This document shows, piece after piece, positions 35,701 through 49,356 of a stretch of DNA of 64,000 bases; the stretch's first letter is position 1, and each line of letters opens with the position of its first letter. The notes under the pieces were generated by a model. That model was not told the DNA's origin and made no database searches. It saw only the letters and a list, made by a program, of their open reading frames with translations. Location: assembly GCA_002633005.1 (NCBI GenBank), contig NMRA01000513.1, positions 186,001 through 250,000 of the forward strand, in the 5' to 3' direction. The stretch comes from Phoronis australis. Taxonomy: Eukaryota > Animalia > Phoronida. The position numbers were made by a program, and so were the translations under genes.

Positions 35701-38226
35701 TACATTAAAAATGTGCGTTTTGGTGGCTATCATCGATGAAAGCCCCTTTTTTGCAACTTCCATGTGTTTCTTTTCAATTAAATAGAGCTATTAACAAGGG
35801 CCCGGGGGTTTAATCTACTAGTACTCGAAATCGAAATCGAAATAATTTTAGCATTTTCCATTCTAATTAAATACATATTCAACGTAAATACGTGTTATCC
35901 GTAGCATCATGGTTTACGTGGATCACTGGGTAATCATGATTGCATTGGATGACTTCAGCATTAACACTATGAATTCGAGTGTGAGATTGAAATCTGAAGT
36001 TTTTATAAGAAATTTCGAGTTTTCACTCGAGTTTGTTTGCATCTTGAATATAGGGCTCGCCATTAACGAAGTTTGACTTTACGCCTAATTTGCGTATTCC
36101 ATCCTACTCCGGAGCTCTAAATTATAGATCATTGGCTTCAGTTCGTATTACAGAAGAACGGAAAATGGCATAAATATTTTCTAGTTCGATTAAAACCATT
36201 AAACCCCTGACCTAGGTGTGGCAACAATATTATCGCTTTGCATGTTCACGTGCGTATGTTGGTGACGTCATTGTCATGAGGACGTCTTCATTAGCTTTCC
36301 CGGATGATCAACTTACTTTGCGTGAATGTTGGCATCGTGTAGGTGGTGGTTAACAGACTCACTACTTCGTAGAACCCCGGCACTGAAAACAAACGCGAAG
36401 ATCGTCAACACTCGATACCGTTTCAGCAGATGAATACACCTACTGACACCCCGTGTGCACAAAATGCGTGTATTCCAAATATTCACTACAGAAATTCTTC
36501 AAACAGCACCCCATACTCCTCCCCAAGTTTGGAACGAACTTATCGCTGCCTCTAACACTCAACATAGAACACAAGTACAATGCATGTTGAATTCAGATTA
36601 GGTGTTTTGGTACTTGAATGCAAGTACAGAATCGAAAACAAAAAAATCGAGTCGTGAGCAAATCCATGACAAACAAACTAATTTTTGTATTGCACTCAGT
36701 GAAGACTCGATGGCAAAATACAAATTGCTATTAAGATAAAGGTTTAGTGGTGAATATGCCACTTGGTCATTAGCCTGACTGAGTTCTATACTGCACGTTT
36801 GTTTTGATATCAATGGAACTAGTGACCAGCTTTGACTTGACCTGAAAAGTCATTTCTAATAATACGGCAATACATCACCAATTTCGAACAAAAAATAACA
36901 GGAAATTTTTTCGTTTTCAAGCGCTTTTAGTATTGTTGTGAATGGTCACATGGTAAATATGGTGCAGAACTTTAACACATATAAAATAAAACAATTGCAG
37001 GCGGCCTGATACACGTTGTACCAGATGTGCGCAGGCCTCGCATGTGGGCCCATTGCACTGATCACCTGGAAATATTTTTAACTTTAACACAGGGTGACAT
37101 AGATTTCATGGAAAAATGATAAAATAAAATTCCTCTTTTCGGCCATGTTGTGGTTTAAACTGAGGAGATTAAACCGTACACAGTCCACGTTTTACAACCA
37201 GTCATCAGGGCATAGGGTCTAAATGTTTTATTCGAAATCGAACTCGAATTTTTTTGTAACATTTCCCATTCTACTTTAGTACGAGCTCAAAACTGATGCA
37301 TATTATTCTGTATTCGAGTGAAATATGGTTTGCCTGGTCCTGGATGACAGCGTAATTCTATATGGAACTTGATAGCACCAGCATATAATCTATCAATTTA
37401 TGTCTGAACTTTAAATGGCGAGTTTTTACTTGAAATAGTGAGTTTTCACTAGAGTTTGTAGTCAATTCCAGGAGTCATCAAGTGCAAATTTAGACCATGA
37501 CACTTGTTTGTGTAAGCCGCAATGAAATTAAGCACAGAATGATAAAAAATTGTCTTGATGTCATATTTATTAAAAGAAAAATAGAAACAGTAAAAATATT
37601 TTCCCCGAGTTCGACTTCCAGTAAAAAGATTAGACCCCGGGCATAGGTCATGCACTTGTTTTAGAGGTCCTTTTTGAATATTTGTATAGTGTTAGGGATA
37701 TATTTAGTGGGCAAAAACCCATCACCATGTGTTTGTGCTGCATTTTGAATTCATGGCTCCGTTTCCTGTTTCCAAATCTCCAAACAAATGCCCTGGGGCT
37801 TAATATCAGAAAATCTATAGCGAAAGGCGCATTTTACAGAAAAAAAGAACTGCACTTGTGAATTTGACGTGCCAAGTATCGCCAACGGTGAATACAAAAC
37901 CACTACATATATTTCGATTTGCTAACCATTCGGCTGGTTAGATTGTTTTGCCAAAGTGCAACGAAAAATTGCTTGTACGTAACAAATATAACGATAACCT
38001 AAAAATAATGAAGGTCAAAAATCGGCAAAAGAGCCATCGGGGAACGTGAACAGGTGTCGAGCAGGTTATGTGATTCATACTCACATACTGCCAAGTGAAT
38101 GTGTTCATTTACCCCCAATCATATTCCTTAAACAAAACCGTTTGAATACTTTTCAGTCGAGTGCTTTACTCACCGAACGCTGCTGCAGACGATCAGCAAA
38201 AGGCAAGCAACAGGCAAGCAGTTCAT
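28160..38226 (-). CDS. Gene A: secreted multi-EF-hand calcium-binding precursor (about 525 aa, 6 EF-hand pairs). Exons: 38174-38226, 35128-35391, 34230-34463, [32788-32928 partial at gap], 32053-32334, 31335-31628, 29825-30058, 29046-29258, 28160-28163
   Basis: Signal exon cag|ATG MNCLPVACLLLIVCSSV(R)|gtgagt. Every internal exon is a multiple of 3, phase 2-2, and carries two DxD/NxDG loops. The stop is formed as TC|T TAA after the last intron. Confidence 0.85.
29046..29258 (-). CDS. Gene A last EF-hand pair exon
   Basis: DTNDDGKITDDE..DANGDGVVDKEE; cag / TC|GTAAGT; 213 nt. Confidence 0.88.
29825..30058 (-). CDS. Gene A EF-hand pair exon (short GD type)
   Basis: GDSKEQ..DDNHDGKISSDE..DTNKDGSVDSAE; tag / GTGAGT; 234 nt. 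Confidence 0.88.
31335..31628 (-). CDS. Gene A EF-hand pair exon (long type, RKR)
   Basis: GSSRKRAEDT..DKDSDGLATQEE..DGDGDGSVTKQE; tag / GTAAGC; 294 nt. Confidence 0.88.
32053..32334 (-). CDS. Gene A EF-hand pair exon (long type, KR)
   Basis: KRAEDTSEDDPKE..DKDSDGIATQEE..DSDGDGKVGKQE; aag acceptor, weak GTATTG donor; 282 nt. Confidence 0.75.
32788..32928 (-). CDS. Gene A partial EF-hand exon copy cut by assembly gap (real duplicate or second haplotype)
   Basis: Near-identical to 32194-32334; ends at N 32787 next to (TA)n. Confidence 0.4.
34230..34463 (-). CDS. Gene A EF-hand pair exon 2 (short GD type)
   Basis: GDRNAT..DTDKDGKITSAE..DTSKDGNIDQAE; 234 nt; cag / GTAAGC. Confidence 0.88.
35128..35391 (-). 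CDS. Gene A EF-hand pair exon 1 (long type, KR site)
   Basis: VAKSKR-SDVV..DTNGDGKITTDD..DTNEDGSVDKEE; 264 nt; cag / GTGAGT. Confidence 0.88.
35798..36212. mobile_element. Harbinger-like MITE family (GGCCCGG..TAATC..TACTCGAAA ends), decayed copy
   Basis: Similar termini and internal CTCGA repeats to 44315-44704 and 37214-37640. Confidence 0.5.
37214..37640. mobile_element. Same MITE family, decayed copy
   Basis: GGGTCTAAATGTTTTATTCGAAATCGAACTCG ... CGAGTTCGACTTCCAGTAAAAAGATTAGACCCC. Confidence 0.55.
38174..38226 (-). CDS. Gene A signal-peptide exon MNCLPVACLLLIVCSSV
   Basis: ttttgttccag|ATG ... CG|GTGAGT; same layout as gene B exon 62531-62574. Confidence 0.75.
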
Positions 38227-40528
38227 CTGGAACAAAACGTTTTCAATCTTGTTAAAAATTTCCTTTTAATACACCATAGTGCCTAGGAACCTGTGAGATA
38301 TTGTCACATTTCAATGAAATGTTGTATCTCACTGAGAAAAGACAAACCATTGACAAGATTATGCAAAGGGTATATGAGGGGTTATTTCGACTCGTCTTGT
38401 GTGCTCAAATACGGGAAAAGAGGGAGGCGAGAAGGCAGGTGCATTCAAGTGCTCATGGGAGTTAATTGTCATCTAATTGTCCCGTATCGTTTGCCAGCTG
38501 CTCGTCTTGAAATTACCGTCTATTGTCGATGGTAACCATGCAATCTGAACACTTTTGCACACCTACTGATGATATCGTTCCTCTGATAGCGTAGAACATG
38601 CATAATCGTGCGCTTTTAACACAATTTCGGATAGGGGTTACAGCATTTGATTTTTTTTCTACCTCTCAGGGTCGAAGAGACGCATATATCAAACACAGGT
38701 GCATGAGCTTCTAAAAAGACGAGAAAAGTAGTGTTTAAGCCTCGTTTTGACATTGGAATGCTACTCACGCATGTGCCAAACTGATAACAATTCAAAGAAT
38801 TTTTGGTGGGTTCCTATATCTATGATCCCATAAGAAAGTATCAGATTGTGAAGAATGCAATCAATGCTTGCCTGTAATCAGTTATTGAAATACGGGGACA
38901 AGTGTGCAAGACCGGTCACGAGATCGCTGAATTGCCGCGGCGTGTTGAATGGCCGGGAACTGTTACTTGGCTTTAGATTGACGCTGGCAACCAATAAATA
39001 ATTAGTAATGAGTATCCCATCTAAATATCGTCACTGGTGTGAAACAATTTCTCTGCTTAAGTCATTGGGCTGCTTAATCTGTGTCAGTTTTGAGCCGGCA
39101 GACTTCAATTTCAAAGTCCTCCCTTCACAACTGAGGTTACACACCACACTATCAAGCACGGTTTTACTTCTACGTAATTTTAAGCTACAATTTTCTGGAT
39201 TTTTTAATCTGTTCTCTGTGAAACACTGAACATTGTCAGCTGTTGACCATTTGACACAGTTTTTTGCTCAGCCGCCGCGTTTCTTAAACCTTTAGTGCTT
39301 GAAAACGGGAAGTTGAAATTTAGCAAGAAATCCAGGTACCAATCAGGCTCTTTGGATTTGTGAAAATTCTAGCCGGCTAACACAAAAATTTCACCTAATT
39401 TCTGGAATCTGGAGAGTTTTGGCAGTGTGAATGCACTGTCTCTCAGTTCTTAGTAATCGCATGCAAATGGTGGCTTTGGGGGTGAAAACTGCTGACTTGT
39501 CGTGTTTTGGATCATTTCTTTTTTCAAGCAGCCGGCTGCACTTCCGGTGGTCGTAAAAGGTAAAAAATTAACTTTGGAATCAATTTCAATACACTTTTTG
39601 CAATGTTTTGAAGTCATTGGCCATATATACACTCTTCAAATTTTCAGGTTTTTTTACATCCTGTGGAACAGACTCGACCTAGATTTTTAAGCCCCAAATC
39701 ATCAAAAAAAATCTTGAGCGACACCTTAAACAGCGGTTTCGAGTTTACAGGTCCCGGATGCAACTAAAAAGCTGCTTACACCCAATAGATTTATTATCCT
39801 ACAACGAAAACGAGAAATCAGGAAGCGAGAAAAATCAAGGTCATGGTAACGAGGCTACAGGTTCGTTTATCGTCGAACACTTTTAACGTTGAACTTTTTA
39901 TATTAACACTCTTCCTCCGTTCACTGTTAGAACACATCTTATCATTCTTAATAGAAAAATCGGCAAAAGCACGGTCATAGAATATATCTTAACTATATAA
40001 TTATACAATTATGCGCTAAAAAACTGTTTTCGACCCAGGTCATTTGAGGCATGGGCTCGTTTAAGCCCGTGTTAACTGATGTAAGCAATCCCACGTGATT
40101 TTCAAACGTCGTTTCTAGGGGAAATTAATATTCACGCATTTTATATTTTAAAAGATCAGCTTGTCGAACCCACTATACCAAGATGACCAGTCGAACGCTC
40201 TGCCGTTGAAATAAATCACAAGAGATAAACAGTAGAATATTTTAAGGGTATTTTAAGAGTGAAGACATCGATCTTGACTTCAGGAAATGTCTTGTCAGAC
40301 AACGGCGAGAATTGGATCAAGGATTTTGTTTTGTACTTCTGATCAAGTCTAATATGTTTAAGAAATTCATACCATCCGACAATAATCCCACGATGCGTTT
40401 TTGATCGTGAAACCGATACAGTCCCTTCAACACGTCACTGATAACGTCACCGATGACACATCTGAGTCCCACCTCGGATGGAATACACAAGTGGAAAACT
40501 GAAAGTCTCACAACTTCTAAAGGCTATA

Positions 40529-40685
40529 CAATGGCGGATTTAAGGGAGGGGGGACAAGGGAGGCATGGTGCCTCACTAGATGTCTTGCAGATTCTATTTG
40601 AAAGTTTGGGGGTGCGAATATCTGGCGGGCAAAATCCTAATACTCGTCCCTGCCCCCCCGACTCAAAATCCTGGATCTGTCCCTG
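40529..40685 (+). mobile_element. About 160-bp MITE (CAATGGCGGATTTAAG ... ATCCTGGATCTGTCCCTG)
   Basis: Homologous to 52762-52911 and 20190-20348. Confidence 0.65.
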
Positions 40686-40707
40686 ATATAAACTCGGGCT
40701 CCGTCCA

Positions 40708-41387
40708 AACAAATGGCGAACTTTTGAATCAGGTCAATGCTTTAAAACTAGTCTCAACTTGTTCTTTACTCAGATGAGAAATCCTTTCTGGGTTTGCAAA
40801 GAACTGAAAGGTTGTATCTCAAGACCAAGACCGGCGTTTAAAATGGCGCGCCGTGAAAACCGGATTGTGAAGCCTGATAAGAAGCAGTAACGAACTGTCA
40901 TTTGTTTGAAACCCTTGACATTTTCATTTTCTTTCCAAATAAAATTTCATGACCAATTTACTAACATTCGTCTGATTAAAAAAATGGTTTTGTGATGGTA
41001 AGCGACTCCATTGCCGCTTTATCATTTCCTTCATGTACATAGGAAANAAACAAATGGCGAACTTTTGATTCAGGTCAATGCTTTAAAACTAGTCTCAACT
41101 TGTTCTTTACTCAGATGAAAAATCATTTCTGGGTTTGCAAAGAACTGAAAGGTTGTATCTCAAGACCAAGACCGGCGTTTAAAATGGCGCGCCGTGAAAA
41201 CCGGATTGTGAAGCCTGATAAGAAGCAGTAACGAACTGTCATTTGTTTGAAACCCTTGACATTTTCATTTTCTTTCCAAATAAAATTTCATGACCAATTT
41301 ACTAACATTCGTCTGATTAAAAAAATGGTTTTGTGATGGTAAGCGACTCCATTGCCGCTTTATCATTTCCTTCATGTACATAGGAAA
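40708..41387. repeat. Near-identical direct duplication of about 340 bp across the N gap at 41047 (probable assembly artefact)
   Basis: 40708-41046 matches 41048-41387 with only a few substitutions. Confidence 0.85.
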
Positions 41388-42245
41388 CCGATACGCTCCT
41401 TAGAACATGTGTATAGATGGTGAGAATGTACGCTTTTCTTTATGTTCGTGAGATCCGTTGCCGTGGGCTTTTGTTTAAATGCCTGATCAAAATATGCAAA
41501 GATACGTTAAAAATTCATTTTGGAGGTGACTTCAGGTTTCGGAAGATCTACAAGCTCGCTATTTTTCCGTACCTAGCATGCGCGCACCCAGCCTAAAAAT
41601 GGGAGGCTCGAATTTTTAATGTGGACCTTTGACGAGGTACCTTCAGAGCTACGAATTGTGCATTCTCCGAATTTTGGTAGTTCCTGCCTTTTTACGTTTT
41701 TGTCTCGTTTTCTATTTTTTCGAAGTTTTTGTTTCTCTGCGGCAGACCTTTTTGCCCACTTCGCTCCCTGAGCCACCCTCCCGGGTGCGCGCATACCGAT
41801 CTCATGAAATTTCAGGTCACATCGCATGAACGTAAAATTCTAAACCTACAAAGGAATAAGGCAACACCTGTAGCCTAAATCAAAGCTCGTTCTTAACATC
41901 TGTCAATTGAACTATCACGTGATCAGCTCTTCTGCTTTAACTACATGGATTTAGGCATGCGCACCAATGTTTTGAAACAGTTTAAACAGTAAACCGAAAA
42001 TCGCAGCTCTCCGTGATCTCACGTACACGCCCACTGCAAGGAAAATTCGAATTTCCCTTTCAATTACTTGCCATAATGGTTATTGTGTAACTCTATAATG
42101 ACAGCCCTATGAATTATTAATGCCCCATCTGCAGCCTAAGTATGACCGTGACAGTGCCGCACGTGCCGTGGCTAAAAGTGCACAGAATGTGATACAATTG
42201 ACAATCTTGTTTTTGAACCTCTGTATCATAAGGCTCTAGACTTAC

Positions 42246-42316
42246 CTTGTAACCTCTATCTCTCTTTTTGGACAAAGACGTGTGGACTGGTGTCAATTTT
42301 GTACCGCGTTTTTAAA
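42246..42316 (-). promoter_or_regulatory. Putative gene A core promoter and non-coding exon 1: TTTAAAAA (42309-42316), Inr CCA+1GTC (A at 42288), donor AAG|GTAAGT at 42245
   Basis: 28-nt TATA-to-Inr spacing and a strong donor; mirrors the gene B layout. Confidence 0.55.
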
Positions 42317-44314
42317 TGTTTTAGAACCTGGGGGATGCAGCATCTGCTAGAGCACGTTTTCTATATCATCACCCGGACTTTTTATCCAATATTAATCGCA
42401 CATAATTTAGACCATATATAATTAGCTAGAGTTGCTGCGATAATTGAGTTTAAGATTTACCAGCATAGCTGACAGAAATGTCACGGTATGCGGCAATTTC
42501 GGTGGAGTCTCCAATGGTCCACGAGGCTTCGATTTTGTATTTTACAAATTACCGCGTACCTCTGTGCATGAATATTTTATACAGAATAAGAAATAGACTG
42601 TCAGAGGTACAAAAATTTGCTCATAATGATTGGAAACTTTAATATTTATGATACCAACAAAACCGTCTTTTTATTCTTTATTTATATCTTATCTACCACG
42701 TCGGTAACGGCTTCATCCCTATCGTGCGCTTTGTCTTTTTCATCACGCCTATGTCAGCCTTCACCACCCTGATAATTGAAAGACATTCGGGTATATGCAG
42801 GGTGATTCTCCAGAAAGATGCCTCAAACTCCTGCCATCAACATATATCTACTTGACTTAAGGACCAGAAAATTGCATAAATTGCATAAACCATAAAGCCT
42901 GCAGTTCCTAGCGGTCTATGGATAAACCTGCACAATTGCAAATAAAAGCTGTAAAACGCGCTGCGAAAAGAGTGTTCGTCGCTGCTCAAGACATTTTTTC
43001 TGCAGTCTGTCGATATCGCGCTCAACGAATGTGCTCCATATAGTAGCTTGTGTTTCTTGGTCGAAGGTACTGGCAAACATACTTCATTTAGAATTCAGTT
43101 CGGAAGATACTGCGCACCATCTAAATCTTCTATACAGGACATAGTGAATTCTACGCCTCCTCCTGCTTCGCTGGACTAAACGTAATGAGCTTCGCGGAAG
43201 CCACTGAGAAGCCGCCGACGGCGCTAGCATCAAAAAACGTCCTAAGCCAGCATGAGGTTAATTCATCGAAAAGGGAGTCTGCAAAATTCCTGCCTCTACT
43301 GTTTCGGAAGAATCACCTTATTTATAAGTGTTGATGAGAATATTTTGAATAATCCTTTAACGATTTCGTATTCATTAAAATGTGGAAATTGATCGTAACC
43401 GTATCGGTTTTACGTTGTCTTCTAGGAGAGACTCCTTGAAGTTATTGGATGCTACTAAACCTACATGTATGAAACAGCAAAAGCGGTTGAGATTTTGTGA
43501 TATTATTTGAAATCACCGACAATTGAATTCGACGGTGTGACCTTAACAATTAAAAACTTTTAAAACGCTTTGCTGTTTGCCAGATTGACTTTTCCTCTTC
43601 TCGCCAAGTGGCGAATTGCGACAGGGTCGAATCGATCTTGGGGCTTACAATATGCTGTCGCTGAAAATGTCACTTTATCCACCCAATACGAGAGGATTTT
43701 TTACTCTACGTTTAACATTCCAAACCTTGCTGACACTGCGTACGTGCTCTTGAGCAGTTTTTCAAAACAAAAAAGAAAAACACTAGGCATTAGCGGAGAA
43801 TCAAGCGGGTGTTTTGTTTCTCTTTTATTTAGTGATCGATATGTACAGAACGGAACCAGCAAAGCTTTTTGGTCTAATACAGTGTAAAACTTTTTTCGTC
43901 TGCTTCTGTTAACATGACTGATGGAAACATTACGATTTTATCATTGTTATTACATAAAAAGCTGAGTTTATTGTTGTCAAATACATCGCTTTATAAAAGA
44001 ATTGATTTTTTAAAGAAAATAAATTTACAGTGATTAGATTTAAAAATAAAAATGTCCTTCTTGGCAACTTATGTCAAGAGAGGCAAAATTTTATTCAGTA
44101 TTACTTAATGGTGGAAATACGTGATTGAAACAAGATATAAAAGTATTCAATGTTATTGAAGGAAGACATAACTTATTTATTTATGGTTATTATATTTATT
44201 ACAGGAACCTTTTGAATATGTTGAAAATGCGACTATTTGACAAAAAATAAGACATGTGCCAAGAAATATCCGAATCACTTGATGTGAGTAATTTTTCAGT
44301 TAAATTTAGACCAG

Positions 44315-44704
44315 GGCCCGGTCTCTAATCTTTGTACTCGAAACTATTTTTGGCAATTTCTCTGCTCCTTTTGTGCGAACTTAAGATAATTGGTTATCAG
44401 ACTGTGCTCAAATACATTATAGTTTATGCATAGGAGTTTCTAGTTCAAGTTTGCCCTTGAAGACCCTTATATTCGTGCTACAAACTCGAGTAAAAACTCG
44501 AAATTTCGAGTTCAAACTCCAACTTATTGCTATAATATTGGGTTTACAAACTGTGAACTAAGGGCAACAACTTATCTACGTAAGTTATTGTATACTCGAG
44601 CATAGAATAATAGACACTTATCTTGAGTTCGCCCAAAAGTAGAGTAGAAAATGCCAAACCTAATTTCGAGTTCCATTTCGAGTAAAAAGATTGGAGACCG
44701 GGCC
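44315..44704. mobile_element. Harbinger-like MITE with CAG target duplication
   Basis: CAG|GGCCCGGTCTCTAATCTTTGTACTCGAAA ... TTTCGAGTAAAAAGATTGGAGACCGGGCC|CAG. Confidence 0.8.
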
Positions 44705-44994
44705 CAGGAACCTTTATGATGTTGGTCTCAATTTATTCCTTCCTTATTTATATTTGAAGTGCTTTGTGAGCTTGTGGAAACTGATCGAATGTTCGTTGTT
44801 ATCTGTGATACATGTATGTGGCTAAAACTGGTGCTTAACAACGTGAGTAGTACATTTAGGGATTTTCAGGACAAGTTTAATTCAGAGGGACCTCGGTCAA
44901 AGGTCATAGATCGCAAAGCAAAGATAATAAGTGTAAAGGTAACTGAAAGGTCAACATTAATAACGGCAACAAAAGAGGGTCGTAAGTGTAACCG

Positions 44995-45150
44995 GGCGTG
45001 CGCTCAGTAACGCTAGGACGTCCGGTACCATGGGACCTAGCTCTATTCTAGCCACAGTAACGTGTTCTCAATAAAATACATGGCAATAACTCACGTAATA
45101 TAGCGAGGTCTTGCAAATTGGCGAGGTCCTAGCGTTACTGAGCCGGAGGC
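44995..45150 (+). mobile_element. About 150-bp MITE family (TCAGTAACGCTAGGA / TCCTAGCGTTACTGA inverted ends)
   Basis: Copies also at 52143-52294, 52528-52665 (inverted) and 62238-62349 (partial). Confidence 0.7.
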
Positions 45151-48100
45151 AGGATTGATTACTGTCATCTGCAAACCGGAAGGAAGTGAAAATGAAGTCA
45201 ACTAGTACCCTCTGATACAGCGCCACCTATACTGCACTGTGATAGAGTGTAGTCAACTATTGGAGTCGGAACTTCCGTTCAACACGACAACGTGTAGCTG
45301 AATAATGACATCATGATGTGTGTAAGGCGAGGCATCGTCCACCACCCTGATGGTAAAAAGACGTTATGTTTGAATATATTCCAATTGTATAAAATGTCAT
45401 GTCGTGAACATATCCACTAAAAAAAGAAACTGTAGGAACACCGCATTTATCCACCTTCACTCTTATCAGGCTTCTATTGTGAGTCAGCATGCGTGAATAA
45501 TTGGCTGATAAGCCACCTCTGGAACTACTTTTGGCTGAATGGATGACCAGGCCATAAAATGATAATTAGCCAAGACCTGTTACTATAATGCAACAAAGAA
45601 TAATGTCTTGCATCACCTAGCCTTGGTGGAAAGCTGTATACTGTATTGGCTCAAACAAACGCTTAGAAAAATTCATTTCACAGGGAGGGGACGCTTATTG
45701 TAGTGAGCCTACGGCAGTTGAATCCCGGTTTCCCAAACGGGAAAAAATCGGAAGCTAGGATTCATCAAATTTACGCTCTGTGACGTATTTGTAGCCTATG
45801 ACAGCCTTTCTACAAAATTGTGGTGCATTGCTATCAACTTCCGTTGTTAAATTACGATAATTTTTCAAAAAATTGTGCTCATCACAGGGCGAACACTTGC
45901 CGACTGATGCGTCGCTGAATCGCCATCGTCAATAGGAAAACTTGTACTCTTGAATAAAAATATAGTTTCGACTCAACAAATTACCTGAAATCTTCCTGAT
46001 GTTTTACAATTTTTAAAGTTCATGTGGAGTCCAGATTAATTGCGATTAAGTCCAAATGTGCGCTACATCGTACTCCACAACAAGAGAAAAATCTCTGGAT
46101 GAACACACATGTTGTTGTCACGTGACGTTTGTTTTGAAGGTCGTCTGTGTATGAGAGTGAGTGAGCGTGCGTGTGCGGGTCATCGACGATAGACTTTTTT
46201 GTTACAAAAGGCGGAGGATTATGCAAGAAAATGGCGTTTACTAGATTGTTTTTCACTTAAACGGCTGTAACGTGCAAGGTGAGTGCTGGTTAACTCACAG
46301 ATTTTGTGTGCACAGGCCGACTGTCGTTAGCTCTGCCGTGGAGTATTAATAGTCCAAGGCTCGATCTACATGTTGGGGACGAAATGAACTACCCGGGCTG
46401 TGTGAAATTTCTGGGTCTAACGGAGACACTGACGCAGTGGTCAGCCAGCTCGCTGTATCAAGACTATAGTCAAAATCCAAATTCGTTTTATCGTGTCCCT
46501 GTCAATAATAACGGCATGCTAAAGCCTTCTTAATTTTCGTACTTCAGGAACATAACAATCACGTGTTTTGTACACATACGCGCACGCCGCAGATCACATC
46601 TCGGAAATTGCCGATTTGACGGATGACAATGAATGAACACAATGAAATTAACAACGTCGTTTTACAGCTTGTAAGATTCATAATAAACGTATTTTGAATA
46701 TTGCAATGCATGTGTTCCAAAATCTAAATAACTTGGGTCCTATATTTTTGTATTAGTGCGCGCCGAATGAAAGTAATCGTGAGTGTTGCTGTGTTGCAAA
46801 ATCTCTTATCCTGGGCCGATTTGAAAAATTCAAAGTTGTACTCACATTTGTTTTTGCTCCTCTTTTCAAATATTACAGTAAAAACTACGTAAAACTCTCT
46901 CCATAAAAAGTAAAGTCTGCTAGCTAGATTGTAATCAGCTGATCATATCCGCATGAGCGAAGCCAATTGTCCTCGCTCGTGACTCGATCATGATGACTAG
47001 AGCAGCTTGGCGGCATCCCTTTGATCGTGAGCCGAGCGCGACTCAGCCAAGGTGGATAAATACGGTCTAGTTCAATTTTCCATACCCCACCGTTTACCTT
47101 AACCACTGGGGTTAGAACCAATTTTATTTAGTGGGAATGTTCATAGCATGGTAAATTCCGTTATTTTGTGTACACCAGCCCCCACATGTCTTCGTCGCCA
47201 TTTTGTTCGGAGTAATCGCCATTTGTTCCGTCTCAGCATCTTTGAACAACAGATGTCGTGTGTGACCATCACATGAAAGGGACTAGAATAATAATGAAAT
47301 GTCGTAAAATAAAAAAGAAACCTTTTCGTTCTTTAAACGTGCAATAATGATAAGGCACATTCAGAATAGATTCACACTGCACAATCCTGCGCTCTGCAAG
47401 TATACATGTATAGACAATACATGCACATACAATTGTCTGCAAGGGGAATATGCACGGCAGGCACGGCGCTTAAATCAATGTTAGAGTTATTTGTTACAGT
47501 TTGTACCTTATTGATGCTAAGGGCACTAACTACTAGCCTATGACTACCTCTATCATCTAACTCACAGAAATGTTTCACCAAACTTTCCCGAATTTGCACA
47601 ATTTTATATAAACATGCCTTAGGTGGAGCATTGAGCGTCAAAACCATACAATGTACATGTAAGTAAGAACACACTGGCAGGGCAAAGCTTAAGCCCAAAG
47701 GTAAATTCGTCTGGACCGATAAATTCGCCCTTACAGGATATCATTATTAGTGCAAATAAGACCATCATCAGTGTTAGCACAGATAACGCCGTCATCATCA
47801 TTAATACAAATGCGACTCATCAAATCATTAGCTCAAGTAAGACGTTTGGATCTATGAATTCTCTCGTTAATATGATGATTGCACGCTGCAATTGGGTTGT
47901 ATCACTACATTACCCCCATGTATCCGAGTACAGTGCGCTCCTCACATATGATAGTTCGGGAGTGGACCTGGGATATGAATATGCATCACACTGCCGAGAA
48001 CATGGAAACCGTGGACCCAGACACAGTAACCATGAGGTTTAGCACTCGGTGAGTTACAGTGACTTAGCATATATCTAACTTAAGTGCTTGAAAAATTTTT

Positions 48101-49053
48101 TTCTAAAATTTTAAGTAAAATTTCTCAAAAAGTGAGTTTCAGATGATGTTATTTTAGATCTTTCAATTTTCACACTATTTGTTGCTTTCAAATGTTGTAC
48201 AACTTGAGGTATCCTTTTGAAGCCCCCGTCCCCCAGCCCCTTCCCCCGCCCCTCCCCCATTTATTAATCTATACTGATTGGTGTTTCCGGTGGTTGTGGA
48301 CCTTTAAATTATGTTTTGCGTGGGTGGTATCGAGTTTTCTGTTGTCATTTTGGTCAACGGTCTAATTTATACTGAAGATTCAAGACTCTTCTTAAACACT
48401 ATTATTTTGCAGAACCATCATCTAAAGTTTCATAAACATTACTTGTGAGGCAAGTTCATTTTATTATGAACATTTCTTATTTTTGTAATTATTTTTTGTT
48501 CTTTACGTAATCAAATATTAACCTTTGTTTACTTAACTAACATTTGTATTATAAATGGCGATTATACACGTGGCAAATGCTTACTGGTTCTTTTGAGTGC
48601 ATACACGCGTATTTATTATTAGGGCGGAGATTTTGAAAACTGTATTGGGATGAAAGAGTTGATATTTCGTCTTTGTTTCCAAAATAACAAATCATACGTT
48701 CTTTTTTCTAGAAATTTTTGCCATATTTAAAATGAATAGCTCTCCCGTTAGCATCCACACGATTTTTTTAAGATGGTGCCACCTTCAAAACCAGCCACCG
48801 TCATCAAAAGAGTTGTATTGTCGCCCCCTGTCGCTAGATTGTAAAAGCTCCTCTCTATGACGCTAAAGAGATTATCATTTGACAATTTCTTCCTTCAGTG
48901 TATTTCGTCCGAATAACGGTCAATGCAGCTCATTCATATTATCAACTGAAATTCAAAATTATCCTCGCTGTACGTCCACGTGGTTGAAACTCATTCTCAC
49001 AAGTGAGTATAAAGGCTTGTGTTCAAGCTGCTTTAGATGACGAAGTGATGTCA

Positions 49054-49356
49054 TCAACCCACGAGTTGGGACGAATCCGGATATCCGGCCCACTTCTCGA
49101 GATACACGGTTTCCTTTTTATTCTTTGACGCGTTTTGAGGACGCTTTCCACCTTGGACGAGTTTCCATTGGCCTAGGTTTATGTCACCGTGATCATTCAT
49201 CACTTTGTGTGCTGTCGGTGTACATGAAACCATTTTATCAAGAGGCCAGTTTGGTAAATATCCCTTCTTCAAAAGGACGCTTTCGGCCATGCTCATAACG
49301 ACCCGGCGGCCTGTCTTAAATTTTGGTCTGGCACTGAGGTTGCACGTACGAACCAT
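49054..49356 (-). mobile_element. Polinton/Maverick integrase C-terminal fragment (decayed)
   Basis: PKFKTGRRVVMS..LKKGYLPNW .. VYLEKWAGYPDS matches the Polinton integrase pattern PKFKVGDxVRIS..FxKGYxPNW plus chromodomain YLVKWxGYP. Confidence 0.75.

Noticed and set aside
40708-41387. Direct repeat as LTR pair or real duplication
   Set aside because: Near-identical copies abut a single N; no TG..CA ends or internal domain; typical scaffold-overlap artefact
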